Source: Cetorhinus maximus
Taxonomy: Eukaryota
Direction: 5' to 3'
Assembly (NCBI RefSeq): GCF_964194155.1
Contig: NC_135909.1
Coordinates: 3,237,118 to 3,288,000 of the forward strand
DNA length: 50,883 nt
Shown piece by piece: positions 21,386-34,331 of this stretch (its first letter is position 1; every line of letters begins with the position of its first letter). The notes beneath the pieces are model-generated. The model did not search any database and had not been told where the DNA came from. It saw nothing but the letters and a program-made list of their open reading frames with translations. The position numbers were made by a program, and so were the translations under genes.

Positions 21386-22965
21386 TTTTTTTTAAATGAC
21401 CAACCTTGGATTTCACTTTGTAAGTTTGGAAGGCCAGGATGCTGGAACATGAGAACGATGACAGACAGACAGGAAAAAACCTTCTCTCCTCCACCGACTC
21501 CATCCCGCACGATCGCAATACCTTATGCATCGCAGTATGTAAACTCCTCACCTCACCTGGAATCGTGATCGCCCGGGAGAGGCGAGAAATGGGATTTAAA
21601 ACCCCCAGGCTAGTTGGTTGAGGTGGGCGCGGGGGGGGTTTAAGATTTCGGAAATTCCTCTCTGACCCCCTGTTGACGACCAAAACTAGTCCAGGAGATC
21701 ACACCAGCCCTGAATTCTTCGCAGTACCTAAGGCGATCCCTGCCAGCACCAGGCCCAGTTTGCATTTGAAACTCTTAGCTATATAATGTTGCATTGTTTT
21801 CTGGACCGTAGCAACAATGCTCGGGGCCCACTGCCAGACTCCGTATTAAAAGAACAGCCTCAAACGAGAGGAGCTTCATAGGCCAGAAAGCTCTAGTTTC
21901 AGTTCTGTTAGCCCACCTCAGTGCAGGGCAGTGTGTACGCTGTCTGTTTAAAATTTGTTCTCGGTATCCAGACCTCGCCGGCATTAGTTGCCCGAGGAGG
22001 TGACGGTGGTGGGCCGCTGCCGCTCAGAACCGCTGTGGGACACTCTCAGAGGCTAAGACCCCTGTCCGCATTGCGGTGGGACTGACGTGCAGGCCCAGAC
22101 TGGGTAAGGACAGCCCTACAGGATGTCGGTGAACCAGTTGGGGTTGTTGACTGGCCTCGGTGCTGTCGAAGCCAGGGGAGCGGTAAGATCGTCCAGGGGG
22201 TTGCCAGCTCCTCCTGATCGCCATTCGCAGGCCCCTGGCCTGGTGTGGACGGATCCAGCTTGGCTGTAATGCCCCCCTGCTGAGCATAGTAGCCTCCTGC
22301 GCATGAAGAATGGCCGCTCGGGCAAATTACTGGAGGCCTCCCCCAACCCAACCCACTCTCACTGTTGGGATGGCATCTGAGTGAGAGTTGGTGCCTTCAG
22401 GAGTGACTGGTGTCTTTTAACATGCACTTTAACGCAGTAAAAGTTCCCAAGGCTAATCACGAGGAGAGGTTATTAACCAGGCGTTGACACATGAGACACT
22501 AGGACAGGTGGAAGCTTGCTCATAGGGGTCGGCTTTAAGAAGCATCTTAAAGGAGAGGTTTAGAGAGGGAATTCCAGAGCCTCAGACACAAGCAACTGAA
22601 GCTACAGCCACCAGAGGTGGACTGATGAAAATCGGGGGTGAGCAAGAGGCCAGATATCTCCAAGGTGTAAGGGTGTGGAGGGATTACAGAGATAGGGATG
22701 CGAGAGGCCACGGAGGGATTTGAACGTGAGCCGATGCGGGGCCAGGAGCTAATGTGGGTCAGCGAGCACAGAGGCGAGATAGGTGAACGGGACTTGGTGA
22801 GAGTTAGGCCACGGGGCAGCAGGAACAGGAGGAGACAGGTCCAAAATGTAACGTCGCGCTTTGAGCCGCTACTCGCTACTCACCAGGGGTCCACACCCCA
22901 TGCGGTGACAGCTTCACCTAAATCTGGAGCCGAGCCCTAACTCCGGGTCTCTCGCTGTCGTACAG

Positions 22966-23137
22966 GTTTAAGGAACACGTGCAGAACTACTCACCGAAGG
23001 ACATCCTGTCCACCGACGAGTTCCTCAAGCTGAGGTCAGAGGTCGTGACCAGCCTAACGGTGGCAGAAGCAGATTGCGACGAGGGTCCCCCTGGAGACGA
23101 CCCTCCCCCTGGAGTGGGGACCACTGACGAGGAGAAG
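22966..23137 (+). CDS. PRPF39: PRPF39-like exon 6
   Basis: FKEHVQNYSPKDILSTDEFLKLRSEV...GPPGDDPPPGVGTTDEEK; AG/GT boundaries and phase consistent. Confidence 0.95.
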
Positions 23138-23893
23138 GTGACCCATTGGACTTTTTTACCTGGGAGTTATTTACATAATGAAGTCTGGCCGTCTCCAAGA
23201 ACCCTAATTTTTAACTGCCCATTCGTACAGAGGCTGATTCCCCCGAAGTTGACACCCTACAGCTGATATAGTAGTCCTTTTGTGCTCAGCCTGGGGAAAA
23301 GAGGGCAGAATTGGCTCATTGTGAGTGCTGACCTGTTATCCACCGCTGGAAGTAGACACGAATGTGTGGCAAGGGCAGGGGTAGCGGTTGATTGTGGTCA
23401 AAGAGCCTGTCTTGGATGACGGGTGAGATGCTGTCACTCGGGTGATGATTTGGCACTCGAGGGTTGTAGCACAGCAGCACTCGTCCTCTTCGAGAGAGAG
23501 AGAGGGGGAGTTGCTGCGTGTCAAACGGTTGCAATCGCCCTGTGTTATCTCCAGGTTAACAGCAATCGCAGGTCAAACAGCCAGTGTTGGTGGCTTGTGC
23601 AAGTCCTGATACTGAGGCTGCGCTGTGATCATTAAGTCCCCCTCACTGTTTCATTCAGTTCACTCCTTAACTTCCTTACGGGAATGTTGGTTTGCGGGAC
23701 CTTGGGAGGAGCGTGGGCGGGGTGGAGAGTTCTGTCCCATGAGCTCACGTCCATTGCAAACTGGTGAATGTAATTCAGGAGGGCAGGGCCCGCGGAGGGG
23801 TGTGGGGATTTGTCAGGTTTTATATAGACGGTACCTCCGAGTGCCGGTTCCTCTCGCTGACGTTTGTTTCTTTATCACGCTGCCCCGTCCCAG

Positions 23894-24001
23894 GCTGACA
23901 CGGAGCTGGAGAAGATCCGAGCGCACCTAGTGGCCACTCGGCATGAGATGTACCTACTGAACGAGGAGGAAGTCAGCAAGAGGTGGAATTTCGAGGAGGC
24001 G
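23894..24001 (+). CDS. PRPF39: PRPF39-like exon 7
   Basis: ADTELEKIRAHLVATRHEMYLLNEEEVSKRWNFEEA; 108 nt. Confidence 0.95.
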
Positions 24002-24658
24002 GTAAGGTTGAATCTGTGCGCCCCACTGTCTGGCGTATAACCTGCTAACCAGCAACTGTGTGCCGCTGTAATAGAAGCGGGGGCGCAGTGCTGTGTTTGC
24101 AACGTGGGCAGCGATGAGGAAGAGCGACTCGCCCATCCCTGTTCGTGCGTCTTTTCATAGAGAGACAGTCCTCTTCCCCCCCCAACCCCCCAACAACATG
24201 GCATGCAACTACATCTTAAACCGCCTCCAGCACTGAGCCCATATTCCAGGCTGACCCCCTAATGCTAGTACTGAGGGAGTGTTGTCAGAGGAATCATACT
24301 GAGGCTCTTTCTGCTGTTCAAGTGGACGTTAAGGACCCTATGGTATTATTTTGAGGAGAACAGCGGATACTAGCACAGGCGACCAAAAGCTTGGCTGAAG
24401 AGAGAGAGAGAGAGGTTTTAGGAGCAACTTAAAAAGAGGAGGGAGAGACAGAGCGGCTTAGGGAGGGAATTCCGGAGTTTGGGGCCCAGGCAGCTGAAGG
24501 CACGGCCAGTGGTGAAGCGATTACATTTGGGGTAGGGGGGGGAGAGAGAGAGAGAGAGCGCAAGAGTCCCGAATTGGAGGAGTTCAGAGATCTCGGTTTC
24601 TTTACCCTAACTTGCACTCGCTTTATCAGCTCTGATTATCCTGTCGCCCTCTTCCCAG

Positions 24659-24823
24659 ATCAAGAGGCCGTACTTCCACGTCAAGCCTCTCGAAAGAGTG
24701 CAGCTGAAAAACTGGAAGGACTACCTGGATTTCGAGATTGCCGGCGGCACCAACGAGCGGGTTCTGGTATTGTTCGAGCGTTGTATGATCGCCTGTGCTC
24801 TGTACGAGGACTTCTGGATCAAG
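24659..24823 (+). CDS. PRPF39: PRPF39-like exon 8
   Basis: [55 protein letters not shown]; 165 nt. Confidence 0.98.
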
Positions 24824-25232
24824 GTGAACCCCCTCTTCTCAGAAGCTCGCACCCGGGATACAGATCCCAGCTTTTCCTGCCGATCGTTCCCGATCAGCGG
24901 CTTCTCGTTTTTTCCTTTTATAATTTTTGTGTTTGTTGATTATTTTTTGCAAGCGTTTCCAACAAAAAAAATTTCACGTTTTACTTTGATGATCTGACTT
25001 CTAACATAATCTTTTAATTCCATTGCTGTTTTATCTGCACGTGTTGCTTCAAACTAAAGAAGTTAAGGGATTGCTGAAGAAATGTGTAAGCGTGTTATCA
25101 CTGTGAGTGCCCCCTCCAGTTCTCAATAAGCTGTACCATGATGTCTTTTTATTTTTTAACACGGCGCCGTGCGCGTCGGAACCAGTTGATCTTGTTTTCC
25201 TTCATCCCTTTCTGACCTCCTTCTGCCCGCAG

Positions 25233-25359
25233 TACGCCAAATACCTGGAGAACCACAGTGTGGAGGGGGTCCGTAATGTTTTCCAGCGGGCCTGCATGGT
25301 CCACCTGCCCAAGAAGCCCACCCTGCACTTGCTGTGGGCCGCCTTTGAGGAGCAGCAAG
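25233..25359 (+). CDS. PRPF39: PRPF39-like exon 9
   Basis: YAKYLENHSVEGVRNVFQRACMVHLPKKPTLHLLWAAFEEQQ; 127 nt. Confidence 0.97.
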
Positions 25360-25944
25360 GTGAGGAAGCCCCGATTGCTTGCGTGCGCGCCACCCCCTCC
25401 CCAAAAAACATTTGGTCGTTAAAAGCGTCTGAACCTTCCAATCCCGGCAGCCGCGGTGCTGTACGCAAATCGGCCCGGTCTGGGTTAGAGGTCCCAGCGC
25501 GTTACGCGACCTTTTCGGGGACCTTTTCTCGCCCCATCTCTCAGAAATGAACCTAGTTTCGAAGCAGATTGATGGGTTTTAGGTGACTTCACCACAGCCG
25601 TCATCGTGGTACCGGACTTTACAGTGCAGGACCAGGGCAGATTGTGAAATTGGGTTTGACATGAATGTGGCAATTAGTGAGCCGGCACCACAAAAGCTGC
25701 GGATTGCCATTAAAAGCCCGACTTATTCACTGATGTCCTCCAACCGTTTGCGACGGTGACACACTGGGGGCCAATAAGTGCACCTTGTCCACAAATACAA
25801 TTAATTTCTAACGAGTGGCAGAATGTCAGGGATAGGAAGACGAGCCTTGTTTAACACCTTGTCCAAAGAATGTTAATAAGAGTGGCGACTCGGCACTGGA
25901 ATCCTGGAGTAGACTCCACCACGTCCACCGTGTGGTTGACACCA

Positions 25945-26200
25945 CAACCACATTGCTGTGGGCCTGGAGTCACATGTAGGCCAGACCGGGTAAGGACAGC
26001 AGATTTCCTTCCCTAAAGGGACATTAGTGAACCAGATGGGTTTTTGCAACAATCAACAATGGTTTCGTGGTCATCGTTAATCTTTTAATTCCAGATTGTT
26101 ATTCAATTCAAATTCCACCAAGACATGGCGGGGTTCGAACCCTGGTCCCCAGAAGATTTCTCTGGGTTACTAATCCAGCGACAATACCACTATGCCATAG
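25945..26200 (-). mobile_element. tRNA-derived SINE (same family as 21005)
   Basis: Reverse complement of 21020-21270. Confidence 0.75.
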
Positions 26201-26475
26201 CCTTTGAGGCTAGTGATGATCCAAGACTGAATTTGGAGCAGGGCTGTTAATTCTGCGATGATGAGCGATGTATATTTGGCTTTCATGGGAAGAGTTCCGC
26301 TGTTAGTGAGATGTTGGGTTGTCGTGAAAGCCCAAGTGGTTCAGTAACATCCTATAGGGAGCGAAACCTGCTGATCTGACTCCAGTCCCACAGCAACGTG
26401 GTTGGCTCTTAACTGCCCTCTTGTAGTGATCTAGCAAGGCACTTGGTCGCATCAAGTTACCACAAAGAATGATCA

Positions 26476-27262
26476 GAGGTCCCCAGCATCACAGATGCCA
26501 GTCTTTGGCCAGGTCGATTCACTCCATGTGATATCAAGAAATTTGATTGGTAAGGGGATCAAAGGTTACGGGGAGAAGGCGGGAGAATGGGGTTGAGAAA
26601 CTTATCATCCATGATTGAATGGCGGAGCAGACTCGATGGGCCGAATGGCCTAATTTCTGCTGCTATGTCTTATGGTCTATATGGCACTGGGCCCTGACAA
26701 TATTCCGGCAATAGTAATGAAGACTTGTGCTCCAGAACTTGTCGCGCCCATAGCCAAGCTGTTCCAACACAGCTGCAACACTGGCATCTACCCAGCTATG
26801 TGGAAAATTGCCCAGGTATGTCCTGTACACACAAAGCTGGACAAATCCAACCCTGCCAATTACCGCCCCACCAGTCTACTCTCCATCATCAGTAAGGGAA
26901 GGGGTCGTCAACAGTGCTATCAAGCAGCACTCACTTAGCAATAACCTGCTAACTGGCGCCCAGCTTGGGTTCTGCCAGGGCCACTCAACTCTTGACCTCA
27001 TTACAGCCTTGGTTCAAACATGGACCAAAGAGCTGAACTCCCAAGGTGAGGTGAGAGTGACTGCCCTTAACATCAAGGCAGCATTTGACCGAGTGTGGCA
27101 TTAAGGAGCCCTAGCAAAACTGGAGTGAATGGGAATCAGGGGAAGACTCTCCACTGGTTGGAGATGTACCTGGCACAAAGGAAGATGGTTGTGGTTGTTG
27201 GAGGTCAGTCATCTCAGCTCCAGGACATCACTGCAGGAGTTCCTCAGGGTAGTGTCCTAGGC
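26476..27262 (+). mobile_element. LINE fragment (family of 8131-9815) containing a short CR1 tail insert (about 26542-26682)
   Basis: GPDNIPA..KTCAPEL, NPANYRP.SLLS, KAAFDRVWH, GVPQGSVLG. Confidence 0.85.
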
Positions 27263-27550
27263 TGCCACTCCCAGTTACTCCACAGTGGGCACCGTTGGGA
27301 AGTGCAGGTGTCAGATGAACTCATTTCCCTCAGTCGAGTAACGACCCCGTACGCTCCCTGCGTAAAGGAGGGGATTGTAGACGACAGCCGTGGAACCGTA
27401 TCCCAGCGCGGCTGCTGTGAACCCTAACTCTCGGCTGGTCAGAATAACTCGATTGGAAACTTCTGGTCGTGACTTCGCACAAAATGGGTGCCAAGTTGTT
27501 CTGTCGGTCATTGTCCCATCTACCAGATTATGGGTTGCAATTGATCTAAT

Positions 27551-28180
27551 AGCCTTCATTGGCAGAGGTATAGAATATAAAAGTAAGGATATAATGTTGG
27601 AATTGTATAAAACACTGGTGAGGCCACAACTGGAGTATTGTGTGCAGTTCTGGTCACCACATTACAGGAAGGGCGTAATAGCTCTGGAGAGAGTGCAGAG
27701 GAGGTTTACAAGAATGTTGCCAGGGTTAGAAAAGTGTAGCTACGAGGAGAGATTGGATAGGTTGGGGTTATTTTCCTTAGAACAAAGAAGGCTGAGAGGT
27801 GACTTGATTGAGGTGTACAAAATTATGAGGGGAATAGATGGAGTGGACAGGGTAAAATTGTTTCCCTTGGTGGAGAATTCTAGAACCAGGGGACATAGAT
27901 TCAAGATAAGTGGCAGAAGGTGTAGGGGGGGACATGAGGAAGAACTTTTTCACGCAGAGGGTAGTGGGTGTCTGGAATTCACTGCCCAAGGTGGTAGAGG
28001 CAGAAACTCTAAGCTCTTTTAAAAAGTACCTGGACCTGGGCCTTAGGTGCTGTAAGCTGCAGGACTATGGGCCGGGTGCAGGAAGGTGGGATTAGAAAGG
28101 GCACCTGGGTGTCTTCGGGCTGGCATGGACAAGATAGGCCGAATGGCCTCCTTCTGTGCTGTAACTTTTCTGTGGTTCTA
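27551..28180 (+). mobile_element. CR1 LINE 3' end, relatively intact
   Basis: LYKTLVRPQLEYCVQFWSPHYRK...LERVQRRFTRMLPGL...RRLRGDLIEVYKIM. Confidence 0.9.
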
Positions 28181-28184
28181 AGAC

Positions 28185-28620
28185 CGTAAGTAATGGGAGT
28201 TGGAGGAGGCCATTCAGCCCCTTGAGCCTGCTCAACCATTCATTAAGATCATGGCTGATTTTCTACCTCAGCTGCACTTTCCCTCCCCTATCCCTCAGTG
28301 GCCAAAAATCCACCGGTCTCGGTCTTGAATGTACTGGATGACTGAGCGTGCACAGCTGTCTGGCGTAGAGAATTCCAAATATTCACCACCCTCTGAGTGA
28401 AGAAATTTCTCCTTCTCTCAGTCCAAAATGGCTGACTCCTTACCCTGAATCAGTGACATCCACCCCCCCGCCGAGTTCTTGACTCTCCAGCCAGGGGGAG
28501 ACAGCTTCTCACAATCTGCACTGTCAATCGCTCGAAGAATCCTATGAGATAACCTCTCATTCGTCTAAACTCCAGGGAATATATAGGTCCATTTTACTCT
28601 GTCTCTCCTTGTAGAATAAT
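28185..28620 (-). mobile_element. CR1 LINE 3' end
   Basis: Similar to 15256-15700 (ggccattcagccc...atcatggctga...ccaccctctgagtgaagaaatttctcc). Confidence 0.75.
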
Positions 28621-29264
28621 GCGCGCTCATTCCCGGATCCGCACGCGTGAGCTTTGGTAATTGCAATTTCAGTGTTAGCATTTTGGTTGTGGGGGGCGGT
28701 GGGGGGGTGTTGTGTGAAGGTGAGATCGGGACAGGCCGCCCACCCTCTTTGGACAGCCAGCTAACCGGACGGAATAAGTGAGCGGGGTGGGGGACAGCAG
28801 TCAGTCCCAAATGACGACAGCAGCAGTAGTTACAGGGGCTGTGGCATTGGCAGTACACAGAAAGTGAGTTCAATTTTTAAAAGAGAAAAAGAGAGAGACT
28901 AGCAAGCACGTTGTATCCCTTTATGATAAATACAGTTTTGCAAGTCCATTGCAGTACACCGTCCGTCTTAGCAGTTCCATCTCAATTTGTTGCACAGTTC
29001 AGGGTCCAACTGCGCTGGTGCAGAGTCGGTGCCAAGGCAGCCCACAAACGATTGACAGTTTACTGGACTGGAATGTGTACCGTGCAAATAAACCCCCCCA
29101 CCCCGGCCTTGTAAACTGAGACCAGTGAACCAACCAAATTCTCGAGGCCAGTGCGTGTTTTTTGTCGCTCTTGTTCCAGGCCATTTGTTTTTAAGAGAAT
29201 TTGTAACCCAGGCCTCTAATGTGCAGCCCAAAGTTTACAAGTTGGTTACGCTTGCTGCCTTCAG

Positions 29265-29740
29265 CTGATTCCTGCCTGGGATGAAGGGGGGTTTGTCTGA
29301 TGAGGAGAGGTTGAGCAGGTTGGGCCCTGTGCCCATTGGAGTTTAGACGAATGAGGGGTGATCTCATTGAAACACACAAGATTTTGAGGGGCCTCGACCG
29401 GTTTCGATGCTGAGAGGATGACCCCTCTTGTTGGAGGAATCTAGAACTAAGGGACAGAGCTTCAGAATAAGGGGTCTCTCCCATTTAGGGTGGAGATGAG
29501 GAATTTCTTCTCTCTGAGAATCGTTTGTCTTTGGAACTCTCTTCCCCAGGGAGCAGTGGAGGCTGGTGAATCGATTCAGGGCTGAGTTAGACAGGTTTTT
29601 GATTGACAAGGGAGTCGAGGATTGTGGGAGACGGGCAGGAAAGTGGAACTGAGGCCACAGTCAGAACAGCCACGACCTTATTAAACAGGGGAGCAGGCTC
29701 AGTGGGCCGAATGGCCGCCTCCTGTTTCTTATGATCCTAT
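29265..29740 (+). mobile_element. CR1 LINE 3' end
   Basis: tgaggagaggttgagcagg...aatgaggggtgatctcattgaaac...gggccgaatggcc. Confidence 0.75.
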
Positions 29741-30634
29741 TTTGACCGACTAAAGCAATTTAAGAGGCAGCTACAACTTGACTGGATTCACCCTTTCAGA
29801 GCTGTGACCTTTTTAACTGGACCGGGCCAGGTGAGTGAGTGAGTGCGAGCAGCCCCATGGATATTGGGTGCATTGAGAAATCTAGCTGAATGACCAAGGA
29901 CAGTAGTCCAGGGTGCCTGGTGAGTCTTGGAAAGGGGCCACAGCCAAGTTGAGTAGCGGAAGTCAGGTGAAGCCAAGCTCGTGAAGCAAGCTAAGGAGGG
30001 GGGAGGGGGGGGCGAGGTGTAGAGTTTGCTTGCATTTGAGGTCCTGGCTCAGAAGGAGTTAGAGTTGGGAGGTGGTACAGTGACCCCCCCCATTGTGGGG
30101 AGTGGTGGTGTTCTGGAGTCACTGGGGTCTTTTGGGGTGGTGGAACGCAAGGAGAGGATGCTGACTGTCGAACGGTGAGGGGATTGATTTGGAGTTTTTT
30201 CCGCGGGCAGGTTCGGCAGGGAGTGGGGTGGGGGTGTGGGCAGCACGCCCCAGAAACGCAGGCTGACTGCCGCCCAGTACAAACCGGTTTGTGCACAGGC
30301 TGCGTAACCCCCCGCCAAAACCCTTCACGCTGTCCTGAGTGATCTTCCATTGTTCGGTAGTTTTAGTTGGGGACGTGGCTTATTTTGGAAACGAGCTTTA
30401 TTACTTCAGGCTTCACGGGATAATCCCATTTTAGATGGTTATGGAATTCCTGCTAAACACTGTGTAGAAGCAGTTGGTAAGTTTCTGAAGCAGAGCACAG
30501 CTTTGAAACAAGAAGCCTATAAAACACAAATTCAGGGAACTTTGTATGATAGATTGTCGTAAGCACATCTGCTGAATGACACTTCGTCACCTGTGGCAGC
30601 CTGATGTGAATTTGCTCTCGTGTTACTCGCCTAG

Positions 30635-30903
30635 GTGACCTCGAGGAAGCCCGGCGTATCCTCAAGTCCTTCCAGATGGTGGTGCCCGGCCTGGCGATGG
30701 TGCTCCTGCGGCGCGTGAGCCTGGAGCGTCGCTGCGGGCACCTGGACCAGGCAGAGGAGCTCCTGCGGGAGGCCATCGAGCAGCACAGGGACACGGCCCT
30801 GGCCTCCTTCTTCTCCATCAAACTGGCGAGGCAGCTCCTGAAGGTGCAGAAGAGTCTGGTGAAGGCCAGGAAGGTGCTGCTGGAGGCTGTCGAGAGGGAC
30901 AAG
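30635..30903 (+). CDS. PRPF39: PRPF39-like exon 10
   Basis: GDLEEARRILKSFQMVVPGLAMVLLRRVSLERRCGHLDQAEELL...RKVLLEAVERDK; 269 nt. Confidence 0.97.
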
Positions 30904-31609
30904 GTGAGGTGGGGGTGGGGGGGGTTAGCGGTGGGTAGGGGTGCGTACATGTGTCTGTCTGGGAGTGCCAGGGTTCTGCTGGGTCAGCTGCTGAATTCAA
31001 AGGTGAATGAGACCTTGTCTGCTCCATCGGGTGCGTATCAAGGATCTTAGAACTGGGGTGTCCTGAGCCAATGTTGATCTCTCGGCTGACATCATTAAAT
31101 CGGATGGTCACGATGCTGTTTGTGGGTGCTTGCTGTGCGCAAAATAGCTGCCACATTTCTGTCTGCTCCGTGTTGGCTTCTCTAGGGGGAAACTAGAGGA
31201 ATTTGATTCTTATTCATCGACACAGGTTAAGTGCGATCCCTCAAAATCATGAGGGGTTTTGACAAAGGAAATTGGAGAACAACTACTTGCGCTGGCCGGT
31301 GATTTAGTAACTAGAGGGCATCAGTTTAAGATTAGCGGCTAAAAAAAATTGATGGTGGGCAGTTGGTAGTTAAATTTGTTTTACCCAGTGGGCGGTGAGA
31401 ACTTTGAACCCCCTGAGCAGGAATAGTGGGCGATCAGCCTGCACCCCCCTTCACTGAATAGACTTTCTCAGCCTAGGGTCATGTGAGGTGCCCACAACCC
31501 CTAGAGCTGTATCTCGGTGAAGGATAAGGGCCTTGAGGGAAGGGGATAGATAACGCGCGCGATGCAGTACTTACCTCCCTCTAACGTGGGCGCCTTTTGG
31601 CTTTGGCAG

Positions 31610-31794
31610 GAGAACACCAAACTGTACCTGAACCTGTTGGAGCTGGAGTTCAGCGGTGATGTCCGAGTGAACGAGGCCAACATCTTGGGCTGCTTCGAGC
31701 AGGTGCTTATCAGCTCCCTCCCCCTTGAGACCAAAATCGTCTTCTCCCAGCGGAGAGTGGAGTTCCTGGAGGATTTTGGCTGCAATGTACAGAC
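31610..31794 (+). CDS. PRPF39: PRPF39-like exon 11
   Basis: ENTKLYLNLLELEFSGDVRVNEANILGCFEQ...FSQRRVEFLEDFGCNVQ; 185 nt. Confidence 0.97.
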
Positions 31795-32696
31795 GTGAGC
31801 GTCAATCTCCGTGTCTACAGCGCCGGGGGGTGGGTGTGTCTGTGGGTGGGGGTGTGGGTGCGCAGGTGTCTGTCTGTGTTGTCCTACCTATTGGGAAAGG
31901 AAAAACAAGCTGGATCGCCCTTCACATCGCAAGATCGGGATGAGGGCTGACCTGACTGAGGTGTTTAGAACTAGGAAAGGTTTTGATAGAGTAGACACAG
32001 AGAATACTTCCGCTTCAGGGGAAGAGCCAAACTAGAAGCCACCAACATGTAGAGTGAAGAAACCCAATCGGGAATTCCGGAGAAATTTCTTTACCCAGCG
32101 ACTGATGAGAATGTGGAACTTTGCACCACAGGGAGCGGTTGAGGTGAATAGTACACACTCACCCTTAAATGTATCTCTCTACCTATGAAACCCCTGAATG
32201 CAGCAGGCCAATCAGCCATGTAGGGCATCACATTCAAGTTGAATTCATTAATGTGATGGGGCACCTAGAGACGTCCAGCACTGGAGAGCGTGTCCACCTG
32301 GGTGGGCACAGCAACCCCTCGGCTGCCTGTGGCCTGGCTATGCCAGTACCACCGTTACTACCCAGCCTGGCTGAAATTCAATGCCGGCTCAGGTGTAACC
32401 AGGACTTTCCAGGCCTGTGCGTGTGAGCAGCTCGCCTCCTTCAGCCAAGGTCAGAAAGAGACGACTTGAGAATCTAAAGCGCATCAACTCGGGAGGCATT
32501 TAACGTTTTAAAGAGGGTTTTGGGGCCTCTGTTTCTTTTGAAGCTTTGCACACCTCTGCCCCCTCCTAGCTGCTTTTCAGCTGGCTGAGGTCACGTGTCT
32601 GCTCTTGTCTCCTGTTGCCGATGCCTGATGTGTGTCCCATATGTTTCTCCCCCTCAACCCCCACCCCCCCCATCCCCCTCCCCACACCCACTGCAG

Positions 32697-32771
32697 ATTA
32701 CTACACGCCTACGATGAACATCAGAAACTCCTCAAGCAGAATTCCAGTAAGAAGCGAGCGGCCGAGAATGG
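32697..32771 (+). CDS. PRPF39: PRPF39-like exon 12
   Basis: LLHAYDEHQKLLKQNSSKKRAAENG; 75 nt. Confidence 0.95.
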
Positions 32772-33249
32772 GTGAGTACCTCGTGGCTTTAGGTTTTCTT
32801 TTTTAAGCTTTCCTCTCGGCGCCTCGCCTCTCTGTGCACCCGTTTCCAACATGGGGTGGGGGGAGGGGGGGGGGGGGGGGCTTGTGGGCTTGAAAGGGTT
32901 GGGCGAAGACGCTCTCTGCCCGCCACTTTGAGTTGAGCGTGAGAGTGCAGGGCCCACTTCACCATTCCTACCCGTGCGGTGATGCCCATCGCCTGGTTTA
33001 GGCGAGAGTTGGGTTGCGACCGGCAGTGTCTATTTGATCCCCTCCCCAGAGCTGATTGTGAACATGCCACTCTCCATCTCTGGTAAATCTCCGCACATAT
33101 CACTGGGAATGGTGTAATATACTGGTATCAATTTCTTAAAGAAAGACTTGCATTTCTCAAGCACCCTTCACAATCTCCGCGTACCCCCAAACGCTTTGCA
33201 GCCAGTGAAGCATTTTTTGAAGTTGCAAGTTGACGTGTAGCCAGGACTT

Positions 33250-33640
33250 TCCAGGCTAGTAATCCAGAGACCCAGGGTAATGTTCTGGGGACCCGGGTTC
33301 GAATCCCACCACGGCCGATAGTGAAATTTGAATTCAATAAATATCCGGAATTAAAAGTCTAATGATGACCATGAAACCATGGTCGATTGTTGCTTCACTA
33401 ATGTCCCCTTTAGGGAAGGAAATCTGCCGTCCTTACCCGGTCTGGGCCTACACGTGACTCCAGACCCACAGCAATGCGGTTGACTCTTAAATGCCCCTCA
33501 GAAATGGCCGAGCGAGCCACTCAGTTGTAATAAACCGTTTGCCACCACCTTCTCAAGGGCAACTAGGGATGGGAAATAAATGCTGGCCCAGCCAACAAAG
33601 CCCACGTCCCGTGAATGAATGAATGAATGAATGAATAAAA
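33250..33640 (+). mobile_element. tRNA-derived SINE with (GAAT)n tail, nested in a minus-strand Deu-SINE
   Basis: B box ggttcgaatcc. Flanks 33135-33230 and 33645-33700 are the reverse complement of the Deu-SINE tail. Confidence 0.75.
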
Positions 33641-34177
33641 AGAAAATGTAGGAAACATAGTTGTGCACTTATGCACAGCAAGCTCCCACAGGCTGTAATT
33701 AGATAACTGATCGAGTAATCAGGTTTTAATATTGGTTGCGACTTAATTATTGGTTGGTCAGGAAGCAGGGAGAAACATCGGAACTTGCGAGCATAATGAA
33801 CGCTATTCGGCCCATCGTGCCTGTTCTTGCTCTTGGAATGTCAAACTCCCCTGCTCTCTTTCCAGTAGTGTAATGGGATATTCTATGTCTACCCAAGAGG
33901 GCAGTCAGGGTCTCATTTTAATGTCTGATCTGAAGGACGGCGCTGCTGACGGAGCAGCGCCCCCCCCAACGAGAGTGCTTGGCCTGGATTTTGTGCTCAA
34001 GCCCCCTTTGGAGGGGAGAACGTCTATGATTGTACAGCATGAGGGGGAGGGAATGTGTGGGGCCAGGTCAGCACAAGATAGCCAAATTCTTCCTGCCCGT
34101 CACCGTTACTGACAGGCCCCACCTTCTCCACGAGAACACTCAGGCCTTTATTGAAACTGTAACGCTTGGCTTCACAG

Positions 34178-34331
34178 TACCGAGGAGCCGGAGGAGAAGA
34201 AAGCGAGGGTGGATGATTCCTCCACAGGCAGCATAGCGAGCACAGCAACAACCACCACCAACTCCACGGCCCTAATGAGCGGAGATGTAACCAGCAGCCA
34301 GGCGGCGTACAACTACAGTGCGTGGTATCAG
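34178..34331 (+). CDS. PRPF39: PRPF39-like exon 13
   Basis: TEEPEEKKARVDDSS...GDVTSSQAAYNYSAWYQ; donor CAG|GTATGT. Confidence 0.95.

Noticed and set aside
26205-26290. C/D snoRNA-like boxes (GTGATGA, CTGA, ATGATGA) in intron 9
   Set aside because: There is no terminal D box or closing stem, and the segment is wedged between SINE fragments.
27390-28022. 210-aa ORF as a host gene
   Set aside because: It is the C-terminal part of CR1 ORF2 fused by chance to upstream sequence.
30904-31609. Expected SNORD127 in a PRPF39 intron
   Set aside because: No C/D box pair with a terminal stem is visible. An Infernal search would be needed to exclude it.
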